DNA from: Candidatus Binatia bacterium
Lineage (GTDB): Bacteria; Desulfobacterota; Binatia; Bin18
NCBI GenBank assembly: GCA_963666315.2
Contig: CAXXHG010000014.1
Location: 138,047 to 202,046 of the forward strand
Direction of reading: 5' to 3'
DNA: 64,000 bases
Both the position numbers and the translations under genes were made by a program. Below, in pieces: positions 21,534 to 31,272 of this stretch; the first letter of the stretch is position 1; the number at the start of each line of letters is the position of its first letter. A model generated the notes under the pieces. The model made no database searches, was not told the origin of the DNA, and saw nothing but the letters and a program-made list of their open reading frames with translations.

Positions 21534-22496
21534 ATGGCGATTCTCATTACCGGCGGAACAGGTTTTTTGGGACGACATTTAACGCGACATTTGGTCCAAT
21601 CGGGTGAAAACGTCGTCATCCTCGACGCCATGCCGAATCGGCAGGCGGTTGCCGACATCGCAGACAAGGTGAAGGTCTTACAAGGCGACGTGATGGAAGT
21701 GACCGCGATGATGGATGTCATCCAGCGCAATACGATCGAAGGTATTATTCACCTCGCCTATTACCTCGGCACTGGCGGCATACGGAATCCGCTGCCATCG
21801 ATTAACGTCAACTGCATTGGAACGACGCATATCTTTGAAGCCGCACGGCTGAGCGGCATTAAACGCGTCGTCTATATGAGTTCGGTTGCCGTGTTTCCCG
21901 AACGAACAGCACTCACCGCTCCAAAGCTTGGCGAAGATGACCCACCAGCTCCGTCAACCAGCAACCAGGCCGGCCTGTATGGAGCGTGTAAATTGTTCAA
22001 CGAGCATACGGCGGACTATTATAATCATGCCTATGGGATGGATCTGATTGCTATCAGGCCAACCTCGGTGTTTGGCGAGGGACGTGGCCAGCGGCGCGGG
22101 GCAGCCGGAGATCATTTTATGGTTGCACCCGAACTCGCCTTACTCGGCAAGCCCGTTGTCATGCCGCCGGATGAACAGATTGCAGACTGGCTGTATGTGG
22201 CAGATGCAGCTGAGGTCTTTCGCCTCGCTTATCATACCGAAAACCCGAAATCTCACCTCTTTAATATGGCCGGGCCGAGCCGCAAAACCGGCGAGATCAC
22301 TGCCTATATGCGGGAGCTTATGCCTCAAGCCGATGTCTCGGTGAGTGATAAGCCGTACGTCATGACCTCGTTAGTCAAGACGGACAGGCTCCGAGATGAG
22401 CTCAGCTTTACTCCCAAGTATACGGTTGAAGAAGGCATCCTGGCCTATCTGAACGATGTACGGAAACGGGAAGGGATGCCATTGGAGCCCAGGTAA
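21534..22496 (+). CDS. NAD-dependent epimerase/dehydratase
   Basis: ITGGTGFLG, SSVAV and YGACK (YxxxK); AGGAGG RBS. Confidence 0.9.
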   Translation: MAILITGGTGFLGRHLTRHLVQSGENVVILDAMPNRQAVADIADKVKVLQGDVMEVTAMMDVIQRNTIEGIIHLAYYLGTGGIRNPLPSINVNCIGTTHIFEAARLSGIKRVVYMSSVAVFPERTALTAPKLGEDDPPAPSTSNQAGLYGACKLFNEHTADYYNHAYGMDLIAIRPTSVFGEGRGQRRGAAGDHFMVAPELALLGKPVVMPPDEQIADWLYVADAAEVFRLAYHTENPKSHLFNMAGPSRKTGEITAYMRELMPQADVSVSDKPYVMTSLVKTDRLRDELSFTPKYTVEEGILAYLNDVRKREGMPLEPR

Positions 22497-22527
22497 GTAG
22501 CGCAAGCATTGCTGGAAAGGCCGTCTT

Positions 22528-23592
22528 ATGGACTTCGGAGTAGGATTTCAGTCCCATATTCACAATGGTTGGAAACACACCATCCTGGCTGAGCAAATGG
22601 GATTCAGTAACGTCTGGTTTGTGGACTCCCAAATGATTACTTCAGACGTGTATGCGTGCATGACATTAGCGGCAGAGCATACGCAGACTATTCGGCTCGG
22701 CACGGGTGTGACCATTGTCGGCACCCGTATTCCGCCCGTTATTGCCCATTCCATTGCGACGATTCATCAACTTGCACCAGGCCGGGTCATTCTGGGACTC
22801 GGTACTGGTCATACCGCATGGCGCGCCATGGGCATGCCGCCTGTTTCACTCCAAGAATTTCGGCATGCCGTCGAGGTGTGCCAAAGGCTGCTACGCAGAG
22901 AGAGTGCCGAATATCACGAGCGGGGACGCCAGAGTCAGATTCGATTTATGGATCTGGAGCATGGCTATATCAATACCCACGATCCGATCCCGGTCTATCT
23001 GGCAGCCTCGCATCCCAAAGCCCAAGCTATAGCCGGCGAGTTAGGTGACGGACTCTTAACATTAAGTCTCCTCTCTCCAGATCTACTGAAAAACAATCTC
23101 GCCGCAGTGGCAAAGGGCTGGGACAACCGAGCAGGCGGAAAACCACACGACTTTGCTGTGGTCACACTGGGGGTCTCATGCGTACTGCAGCCGGGGGAAG
23201 CACTCACCAGCCCACGTGTACTTTCTCGGGTCGGTCCACGCATCGCGGTGGCCCTCCACTATGCATATGAGGTTGCCAAGCAGGGCAAAGATGTTCCACC
23301 CTTTTTGCAGCAGTTCTTAACCCCAGAATACCAACGCTATTTAGACGCCCGCTGGGAAGATATTCACGCTACGCACTCCCGCTTTCTGCATCCTGGCGAG
23401 GAAAAATTCATTCCACCCGAGGCGATCCGTTCAATGAGTCTGACCGGCTCGAAGGAGGACATCCTTGAGCGCCTCAGCCAGCTTGAAGCGGCCGGCCTCA
23501 CCCAGATTGTGATCTCGCCGCCGTGGGGGCTTGTAGAGGAGAGTATTGTGGAGTTTGCGCGCGAGATTATTACGCCATACACACAACGTTAA
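22528..23592 (+). CDS. LLM-class flavin/F420-dependent oxidoreductase
   Basis: AEQMGF..VWFVDS, IRLGTGVT, APGRVILGLGTG, IPVYLAA and AGELGDG. Confidence 0.88.
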   Translation: MDFGVGFQSHIHNGWKHTILAEQMGFSNVWFVDSQMITSDVYACMTLAAEHTQTIRLGTGVTIVGTRIPPVIAHSIATIHQLAPGRVILGLGTGHTAWRAMGMPPVSLQEFRHAVEVCQRLLRRESAEYHERGRQSQIRFMDLEHGYINTHDPIPVYLAASHPKAQAIAGELGDGLLTLSLLSPDLLKNNLAAVAKGWDNRAGGKPHDFAVVTLGVSCVLQPGEALTSPRVLSRVGPRIAVALHYAYEVAKQGKDVPPFLQQFLTPEYQRYLDARWEDIHATHSRFLHPGEEKFIPPEAIRSMSLTGSKEDILERLSQLEAAGLTQIVISPPWGLVEESIVEFAREIITPYTQR

Positions 23593-23659
23593 GCAGGCTC
23601 ACCTTGCCCACGAAAGGCGCGACAAATAGCGCCCGCCGGAAGGTTGTGCATTTCTAGAA

Positions 23660-24171
23660 CTACTGCCCGTAGCTCTGTCCCAGGTCCCGAACAGTGGGAT
23701 GATTCATAAGCGCTTTGATCTTAGGATCATTGAGCAACGCGCCCAGATCTCCGGACTCCACTGCCTGCATCGTGCTTTCATCACCGAGGATGCTCTGAAC
23801 CAGCGGATCGTTTTGGAGGGAGAGAGAATTTTGTTCAGTGCCGCCGGGTCTTGCGTCAGCGCCTGCTGCAGTGCTCCTGCTGCTGGAAGATTCTGTTGGG
23901 GTTGCGGGGATGCCACGTCTCCGTCCCATTCCGATGCAGGCGCGGGAGCCGGTTCACTGTGTGGCGTCCGAATCGCAACCACCTGAGATTCCGGCACTTC
24001 AAATTCTCCAAGCGTGCTCGAACGCAGCTGGTACGCACCATGGCGCATGCCGACGACCTCGGCTTGCAGCACACTCCCGTCGCTCAATTCAACCTCACGC
24101 ACGGCCCCCGCATACACGGAAACAGGCAGACTCCTGAGCAGAAAAAAGAGTAGCGGAGTCGTAATTTTCAT
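23660..24171 (-). CDS. Exported hypothetical protein, frameshifted near 23822
   Basis: Signal-like N-terminus and VELSDGSVL. KILS joins LQNDPLVQ if one TC unit is removed from a TC run. Confidence 0.6.
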
Positions 24172-24349
24172 GGCGTTATTCCTCCATAGCCATAGTCGGA
24201 AATGCCGCAGCTTCCTTAACCGAAAGTGTCATCGACAAGGGGTTTGGAATCCACACACGAAAACGCTACGCTGGGCCGATATTTTTCATGCACCTTGCTG
24301 GCTTCCATTCCGAGAGTCGATTACAATACATGACAAAAGGAGGCACTCC

Positions 24350-25171
24350 ATGGCGGACCAAGGCTATGTTCGACCGGAGATGTTGGCCGATAGCCAATGG
24401 CTGGCAGCCCATCTCCAGGACGACACTATTCGACTAGTCGATTGTGACAACCGTGAGGCATACCGACGCGCCCATATTCCTGGTGCGATTACCTTTCGTG
24501 GGCATCATTATTTGAAAGAAGAAGAAGAGGCTCTGCATATTATGGGCCCGGACCAATTTGCCCAGACCATGGGCGCGCTTGGGATCGACGCGGACAACCT
24601 CGTGGTTGCCTATGATGGCTTTAGCGGCCTGTATGCAACACGGCTCTGGTGGGCACTCAATTATTACGGTCATACCAACGCTAAAGTGCTGAACGGGGGA
24701 TGGGATACCTGGTTGGCCGAAGGCAGGCCAGTGACAAATGCGATCACTCGCCCGACAATGGCGACTTTTACACCGCAGGTGCATGAGGACTTCATTGCCC
24801 GTTGGGAGCAGGTTCAGAACGCGACCGGCACCGATACTGTGCTCCTCGACACGCGTTCCGACGCGGAATGGAGGGGCGAAAACGATCGGGGCACTAAGCG
24901 CGGCGGGCGGGTTCCCGGCGCCGTCCATCTCGAATGGCTCAAATATGTTGATCCCAAGACGAAGCAGTTTAAGCCGGCGACAGAACTTCGTTCCATATTC
25001 GAGCAGGCCGGGGTCAGACCTGAATGTGAAGTCATCACGTATTGACAGGGCGGTATCCGTGCGGCGCACGGACTTTTCACCCTGCGGCTACTTGGTTTTG
25101 ACAAGGTCCGGAATTACGACGCCTCATGGGCGGAGTGGGGCAATCGAGAAGATTTGCCGATTGAGAAATAA
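24350..25171 (+). CDS. Two-domain rhodanese/thiosulfate sulfurtransferase (SseA-like) with in-frame TGA at the catalytic Cys; predicted selenoprotein
   Basis: AGGAGG RBS; HIPGA, RLWWAL, LNGGW and GRVPGA motifs. VITY-TGA(25043-25045)-QGGIRAA continues in frame to [10 protein letters not shown] and TAA at 25169-25171. Confidence 0.88.
25046..25075 (+). promoter_or_regulatory. Candidate bacterial SECIS element
   Basis: Perfect 7-bp stem TCCGTGC-GGC-GCACGGA (25056-25072) starting at the 11th nt after the UGA, with G in the apical loop. Confidence 0.65.
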
Positions 25172-25204
25172 GCCAGTCGGCCTTTTTATAGGAATCTTTC
25201 AACG

Positions 25205-26092
25205 ATGAAACAGTATTGGATCTTGGTCTGTCTGGTTAGTCTTCTCCTCTTCTCACTCTCGCCACTCTTACCATCCTTGCCACTTTTACCGTATGCTATC
25301 TACGCTGCTCAGCATCAAGTGGAGCCAGAGCCAAGGGGCTCGCTCATCGTTCGGACCTCTACCGAAGAAGGGAAACAGGGGGATGCACAGGCCAGGATCT
25401 ATACCACAGATCCCCAAACCCTGGTCAGCATGGCTCCTTTGGGCAGACCGATATCACTTTCACCAGGAGCGTATCGGGTCGAACTCGATGTCCTGGGTGG
25501 AACGATATCGCGCGAGCGCGTACTCGTCAGAGCAGGCCGAACAAGCACTATCATTATCAGCGAGGTAGCCGAACTCCAGGTAAACGTCCTGGACAAAAAA
25601 GGCCAAGATCTGGGTCTCGGCGTTGAAATCTATGATAACGTTTCAAAAGAGCTGCTCGGAGAATTCCTGAGTGGAGAACGCATCATGGCTCAGCCTGGAG
25701 TGGTTGACGTCAAGGTCGCAACGCCACCCCAGAGTCGCTGGTGGCGTGATATTGAACTCTACCGTGGAGGCTTACAAGAGCTGACTTTGCAGGAACGTGT
25801 GCGCGGCCAGCTCTGGGTCCATCCTCTCCTCGGCGGACGTGACGTGAGTCCGGTCACCCATGTCATTATCTATGCAGCAGGAACACAAAAAGAGATCGCC
25901 CGGAGTGAGCCTGGGAAAGAGCATCGTTTTGCGCTGGACACGGGCTCGTATGATATCTTTGTGACAAATCCGACAGGACAAGGCAAACCGTTCGTCCTTG
26001 AGCGCGCGGAAGTTCCAGATGAAAAAACGGTAGAAAAAGACGTTCGCCTAGACGCTGAACCGACACCGCCTTCGAAAACGCAAGCGCTGTAA
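25205..26092 (+). CDS. Exported beta-rich hypothetical protein
   Basis: Hydrophobic N-terminus and repeated L.PG.Y.V / L..GSYDI segments (PEGA/Ig-like pattern). Confidence 0.65.
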   Translation: MKQYWILVCLVSLLLFSLSPLLPSLPLLPYAIYAAQHQVEPEPRGSLIVRTSTEEGKQGDAQARIYTTDPQTLVSMAPLGRPISLSPGAYRVELDVLGGTISRERVLVRAGRTSTIIISEVAELQVNVLDKKGQDLGLGVEIYDNVSKELLGEFLSGERIMAQPGVVDVKVATPPQSRWWRDIELYRGGLQELTLQERVRGQLWVHPLLGGRDVSPVTHVIIYAAGTQKEIARSEPGKEHRFALDTGSYDIFVTNPTGQGKPFVLERAEVPDEKTVEKDVRLDAEPTPPSKTQAL

Positions 26093-26118
26093 GCAAGGGT
26101 GAGGTCACCTTGCCCCTA

Positions 26119-26340
26119 CTACCACGCCAAGAGTGGAATCGTTACGGCAAGAATGAGTACGCTCAGACCAACCACAATGGCGCCCCACAGCGCCTGTGGA
26201 CGACGGACATCCAACGGCGATCCGCATTGCACACATTCAGACAGGAACGAACCACCAGTCAGATAGACACGGTTCCATTTATGGCAGATGGGACAGCGAG
26301 GTTTTGGACGGCCTCGCAGGAGTGTAGCAAGTTGAGCCAC
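26119..26340 (-). CDS. Small zinc-ribbon membrane protein
   Basis: CPIC...CVQC plus a C-terminal TM; GGAG RBS before a GTG start. Confidence 0.55.
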   Translation of the reverse strand: MAQLATLLRGRPKPRCPICHKWNRVYLTGGSFLSECVQCGSPLDVRRPQALWGAIVVGLSVLILAVTIPLLAW

Positions 26341-26407
26341 GACTGCTCCTTTCTCTTCTTTCCACCCTAGCGTTGCAGAAGACCTCGCGTCAACTAGGCT
26401 TTTTCTC

Positions 26408-27223
26408 TTACTGCCGATCCTCAGCCCGATGCCGATCAGTCAACCGCGGCCTAATCAGCTCTAGGAGCTGCGCGTGGAGACGACCGTTGCTCGCAACCAA
26501 GCCTTGTAACAGCGTGGTGGGTTGGTTAAAGATCACTTGCTTTCCTCTCAGATTTGTCACGGTTCCACCAGCCTCTTCCACGAGCAGTGTCCCCGCACAA
26601 ATATCCCACTCGTTTTTCGGTACTAGGGTGAAGGAGGCATCCGCCTCACCATTTGCAATACAGGCCAGCTTGTAGGCAATACTGCCCATGGGACGGGCAT
26701 GGAAAAGAGCAGTGAGATCTTTCCATTCTCCGCGTTTCATTTCTGAACGACTCGACAGGATCGTCGCCTCGGCTAGACGAGGCGTTTCGGGGACGCGCAA
26801 TTGCTGCTCCCTACACCAAGACCCTTGTCCACGTATGGCCCAAAAGAGTTGGTCGGGGATCGGATTGTACACGACACCGAGAATAGGCTGCCCATCTTCT
26901 ATGAGTCCAATAGACACGGCAAATTCCGGAATTTTCCGGATGAACTCTTGGGTCCCGTCTATGGGATCGACAATCCAAACACGACGGAACGCGAGACGGT
27001 CAGACGAGTCCACAGTCTCCTCAGACAACCAACCATAATCAGGGTAAGCCCCCTGGAGCATCTCCTGGATCTTTTGGTTGGCTGCCCGATCAGCAATCGT
27101 CACCGGGCTATTATCATGACTTTTGTAATCGACGCTGTAGTCTGTCGCATAGATTTGACGAATAATATCGCCCGCAGTGCGCGCCGCAGCAATGGCAATG
27201 TCTTTCTCTTTTTCCAGGGGCAT
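26408..27223 (-). CDS. cysQ: 3'(2'),5'-bisphosphate nucleotidase CysQ / inositol monophosphatase family
   Basis: SPVTIAD, LSEE, WIVDPIDGTQEF and EWDICAG motifs. Confidence 0.8.
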   Translation of the reverse strand: MPLEKEKDIAIAAARTAGDIIRQIYATDYSVDYKSHDNSPVTIADRAANQKIQEMLQGAYPDYGWLSEETVDSSDRLAFRRVWIVDPIDGTQEFIRKIPEFAVSIGLIEDGQPILGVVYNPIPDQLFWAIRGQGSWCREQQLRVPETPRLAEATILSSRSEMKRGEWKDLTALFHARPMGSIAYKLACIANGEADASFTLVPKNEWDICAGTLLVEEAGGTVTNLRGKQVIFNQPTTLLQGLVASNGRLHAQLLELIRPRLTDRHRAEDRQ

Positions 27224-27239
27224 ATCGTCTCCATCCTTA

Positions 27240-28217
27240 TCATTGTCCCAGCACTTGAGCAAAGATCAGTGGCGCGACAATCGAAGCGTCAGACTCAATC
27301 AGATAGCGTGGAGTATTCACCGCCAGTTTGCCCCAGGTAATCTTTTCATTCGGTACGGCCCCAGAGTACGAACCATAGCTGGTGGTGGAATCGCTAACCT
27401 GACAAAAATAGCCCCACAGCGGAGTTTCCGTCCGCTTCATATCTTGGATCAGCATGGGCACGGCACAGATGGCGAAGTCTCCGGCAATGCCGCCGCCGAT
27501 CTGGAAAAATCCAATCGAGTGCTGAGCGGATACTGCGCTATACCAGTCAGCCAGATAGGTCATATACTCGATGCCATGCCGGACCGTATGTATGTTTTTG
27601 ATCAACCCGGTCATGCAATAGCTCGCATAGAGATTCCCGCAGGTTGAGTCCTCCCAGCCCGGCGCGACAATAGGCAGATCTTTTTCCATAGCGGCATAGA
27701 CCCAGGAATCTTTCGGGTCAATCTGGTAATAGGGCTCCAGCATTCCGGCGTGCAACACTTCATACAAGGTTTCATGCGGAAAGGCGCGCTGACCCGAGTG
27801 ATCCGCCTGCATCCATAATTCCTGCAGCACGCCTTCCACGCGGCGCATGGCCTCAAACTCAGGAATACACGTATCCGTGACCCGATTCATATGCCGCTCA
27901 AGCAAAATCTCTTCATCCTGAGGGGTCAAATCACGGTAGTGCGGAACGCGCTCATAATGGTCGTGTGCCACCAAATTGAAGATGTCTTCCTCTAGATTGG
28001 CCCCTGTACAGGAAATCGCATGGACACAATCGGTCCGAATCATTTCGGCAAGAGACAGGCCAAGCTCGGCCGTACTCATGGCTCCGGCCATGGCTAGTAG
28101 CATTTTTCCGCCCTGATCGAGATGACGCCGATAGGCATCAGCCGCGTCAATGACCGTGGCAGCGTTAAAATGTCGAAAGTGGTGTTTCAAAAAGTCAGAG
28201 ATGGGCTGACTACTCAT
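27240..28217 (-). CDS. Deoxyhypusine synthase-like protein
   Basis: FRHFNA, AGAMSTAELG, CTGANLEED, RVTDTCIPE and SYSGAVPNEKITWGK motifs. Confidence 0.92.
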   Translation of the reverse strand: MSSQPISDFLKHHFRHFNAATVIDAADAYRRHLDQGGKMLLAMAGAMSTAELGLSLAEMIRTDCVHAISCTGANLEEDIFNLVAHDHYERVPHYRDLTPQDEEILLERHMNRVTDTCIPEFEAMRRVEGVLQELWMQADHSGQRAFPHETLYEVLHAGMLEPYYQIDPKDSWVYAAMEKDLPIVAPGWEDSTCGNLYASYCMTGLIKNIHTVRHGIEYMTYLADWYSAVSAQHSIGFFQIGGGIAGDFAICAVPMLIQDMKRTETPLWGYFCQVSDSTTSYGSYSGAVPNEKITWGKLAVNTPRYLIESDASIVAPLIFAQVLGQ

Positions 28218-28282
28218 CTTTCCTCCTGCCTCCTCAACATGACACAACGCGGCGGAAAGCTACCACCCGAGGAGGAGAGACG

Positions 28283-29221
28283 CTAGGCCGGCTTCCGCAC
28301 GAGGGTACGCAACTCCGCTCCAGTCGCCGCCTGGCGGAGCGCCCGGCCTCTCGCATCAGGCGCACGCGTTTGCTCAATGAGCTGTCGAAAATCGACTTCT
28401 TGTTCCGCCCAGGCGCGTACCTTGATAAGCCGATCTAACAGATCAAGACGGATAGCATAGACATCAAGCATCTCTTCATCGTGCTGCTGAAGGACTGCAT
28501 ATGCGTGGGTGTCAGTTAGAAACGCTGCCACCTCAGGCGGCACCTGGGCACCTCGCACATCTCGCGCATCTCGCACTGCGGTTGAGGAAAGATTCCCGAC
28601 CGACTCCGGAAGCGCTAAGAAGTGTACGTCTGCCTGATAGGGTCGGTTGGCGGGCTGATTCAGCAGGTCATCGAAGGCGCGTCGTCCCATTTCCCCTCGA
28701 TTCGCTACCACAAGAGATGTGAGAGAAAAAAGCTGAGCAAGGGCCGTTTCTCTATCTTGGTAATAACGCGCGTCCAGAATCTGGATGAGCTTATCCATAC
28801 CGACGATGAAAAACAGAGCAACCTGCTGCCCGAAAATCGCACAAAAAGCCTGGGCTTGCTCGACATACAACCCACGGTTGACCAGCGCAACTCCTGTTTT
28901 TGGACGCTGCGCTGTATAGAGCAGGAGGAGTAACAATCGATCCTCCAACCCCAGGCCGATCACGTGTTCCTTATTCACCGTGACCTTTGCCAATGTAAAC
29001 AGGAGTTGATCGAGCTGAAAGGTTCGACACGCCTGATCGGCTAGTTCGGTATGAGCCAGGGTCAGCGGGTTAAACGAGCCGCACAGCACCCCGATCCGAT
29101 GTGGTGTCGAACGGATCGGCACAGAGAGCAGACGGGCCGTGCTGGGTGCAGCTCCATCACAACGCGCTATCGTTTCGCGCAGGCTGAACAGGCGTTTCAG
29201 ATCGTAAAATTCGCTAAGCAT
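28283..29221 (-). CDS. Nucleotidyltransferase, NadD/NMNAT-like
   Basis: GSFNPLTLAH (TxxH variant of HxGH), FIVGMDK and LSSTAVR. Start uncertain. Confidence 0.75.
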   Translation of the reverse strand: MLSEFYDLKRLFSLRETIARCDGAAPSTARLLSVPIRSTPHRIGVLCGSFNPLTLAHTELADQACRTFQLDQLLFTLAKVTVNKEHVIGLGLEDRLLLLLLYTAQRPKTGVALVNRGLYVEQAQAFCAIFGQQVALFFIVGMDKLIQILDARYYQDRETALAQLFSLTSLVVANRGEMGRRAFDDLLNQPANRPYQADVHFLALPESVGNLSSTAVRDARDVRGAQVPPEVAAFLTDTHAYAVLQQHDEEMLDVYAIRLDLLDRLIKVRAWAEQEVDFRQLIEQTRAPDARGRALRQAATGAELRTLVRKPA

Positions 29222-29446
29222 CACGTGTTCGACACAGCGCGCTCTCGACTCGCTTCCTGACGGACGATCAGCATATCGTCGCTCACCCAGCGTACGCAAC
29301 AGGGAAGGCTCAGGGTTCAACACAAGAGTGTGGGTACGGCCAGTATCGCTGGCTCAGCTGGGATCGTCCAAAAATTTGTCCTTCTTCCCCAATTCCTGTC
29401 CGTCCCAGGATTGACCGTCAATTTCACCGCGTGCTACCCTCTGAGC

Positions 29447-31249
29447 ATGCATGCCAATAACCCTGTTTGTAAGGCAGTCTCAGTCTGTCTTGTTACTGCT
29501 CTTGGCGCGTGTACCGCCACTCGTCCAATTCCGCCTCCTCTCCCACCGCCTGCGGTTGTCACACCGTCTCCAGCACGAGCTGCGCAAATTCCGGGCACCC
29601 CGGTCGTCCTGACACCTGAGGACAAAGCCCTGGGACATTTTCTCAAAAGTCAGGTCACGCTCAATGGCGGTGATTACGCAAGGGCTCTGACTGAACTTGA
29701 ACAGGCCGTAAAAAACGATCCGGATAGCCCGTTTCTGCGTCTCCGACTCGCCACCCTGGCCGTTCGTCAAGGCAAGCTGGCCGCAGCCTTCGAGCACTGC
29801 AAAAAAGCCGTTGCGATTGAACCGGACAACGTCGACGCCCAGCTCCTGCTCGCCGGTCTCCTGTCCTCTAGCGGCAAAGAAACACAAGCCGTTCAGGTTT
29901 ATGAGACACTGCTCAAGCGCGAGCCTGACAACCAAGAGCCCTACCTCTACCTCGGCACCTTATATGCCAAGCAGGAGGAATTCCAAAAAGCCACAGCCAT
30001 TCTGAAAAAACTTGTCGAACGTTACCCGTACTCCGTTCTGGGGTATTACTACTTGGGGCAGACCTCAGCGGCAGCCAAACAGCTGGATCAGGCGGAAACG
30101 TATTACCAGAAGGCGCTGAGTCTCAATCCGCAGTCTGAATTGGTGTTGCTTGACCTTGCGCTGGTATACGAAATGCAAAAGAAGACCACCCAGGCCAGAG
30201 AGGTGTATCAAAAAGCGCTCGCCATCAATCCCCACAGTGAACAGGTGCGTAAACGTCTCGGGCGTTTCTACCTGGGTCAGAAGAAGCTTGATGACGCGCT
30301 GCATCAGTTTCGTGTGCTTGAGAAGATTGAGGCAGACCCACAACAAACCCGACTCAAAATCAGCCTGATCTACCGGGAAAAAGGCAATTATGAAAAGGCC
30401 GGTATTGAACTCAACCTCGTCTTGGCAGCCCAGCCCAATAACCACAGAGCCAGATATTTTCTTGGCGTCATTTATACGGAAGCCAAAGACGATGAGAAAG
30501 CGGCCGTCGAGTTATTACGTATTCCACCCGACTCGGAATATTTTGCTGATTCCCGCGTCTATCTCAGTTATATTTATCAACGCCAGGAGAAGCTCGACCA
30601 GGCCATTGCTGAGGTGGAACGCGCGTTGAACGTCAAAAAGGACGATCTGGACTTGTTGGGTTTTCTCGCCTCACTGCACCGAGAAAATGATAATCGTACC
30701 AAAGCAATCAGCGTCCTTGAGAAAGTTGTTAGCCTCGCACCAGACAATGATCAATACCACTTCACCTTGGGAGCGGTCTACGATGAGCAGAAAGAGAAGG
30801 ACCGCTGCATCCAGCACATGCAAAAGGCGATTGCACTCAACCCCAAGAACGCGGCTGCGCTCAACTACCTCGGGTATACGTGGGCTGAGCAAGGCGTACG
30901 TCTTGATGAGGCGGAGAGCCTCATTCGAGCCGCGCTCGCAATTGAACCAAACGATGGCTTTTATATTGACAGCCTGGGGTGGGTCTATTATCAACGCGGA
31001 GAATATAGGGAAGCAATTCAGCACCTCGAACGCGCCGTTGAGCTAGTCGATGAAGATCCGACATTGATCGAACATCTGGGCGATGCCTACCACAAGACCG
31101 GACGGATCGCCGATGCATCCCGCATCTACCAGGAAGCAATCCAAAACACGTCAGAAGAGTCTCAGATCCAGCGTTTGCGGACGAAGCTTAATGCCTTGGC
31201 CTTGACACCCGTCGAGATTCAAAAGACGAGCGAAACGGGGCTGCCGTAG
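29447..31249 (+). CDS. TPR-repeat lipoprotein
   Basis: Lipobox LGAC, many TPR units and ALNYLGYTWA..DSLGWVYY. Confidence 0.88.
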   Translation: MHANNPVCKAVSVCLVTALGACTATRPIPPPLPPPAVVTPSPARAAQIPGTPVVLTPEDKALGHFLKSQVTLNGGDYARALTELEQAVKNDPDSPFLRLRLATLAVRQGKLAAAFEHCKKAVAIEPDNVDAQLLLAGLLSSSGKETQAVQVYETLLKREPDNQEPYLYLGTLYAKQEEFQKATAILKKLVERYPYSVLGYYYLGQTSAAAKQLDQAETYYQKALSLNPQSELVLLDLALVYEMQKKTTQAREVYQKALAINPHSEQVRKRLGRFYLGQKKLDDALHQFRVLEKIEADPQQTRLKISLIYREKGNYEKAGIELNLVLAAQPNNHRARYFLGVIYTEAKDDEKAAVELLRIPPDSEYFADSRVYLSYIYQRQEKLDQAIAEVERALNVKKDDLDLLGFLASLHRENDNRTKAISVLEKVVSLAPDNDQYHFTLGAVYDEQKEKDRCIQHMQKAIALNPKNAAALNYLGYTWAEQGVRLDEAESLIRAALAIEPNDGFYIDSLGWVYYQRGEYREAIQHLERAVELVDEDPTLIEHLGDAYHKTGRIADASRIYQEAIQNTSEESQIQRLRTKLNALALTPVEIQKTSETGLP

Positions 31250-31272
31250 CGACGCCGTCTCAGGCGAGTACA

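Noticed and set aside
24738-25208. 156-aa ORF overlapping the sulfurtransferase 3' end
   Set aside because: Alternative-frame shadow; the real C-terminus is the in-frame read-through after the TGA.
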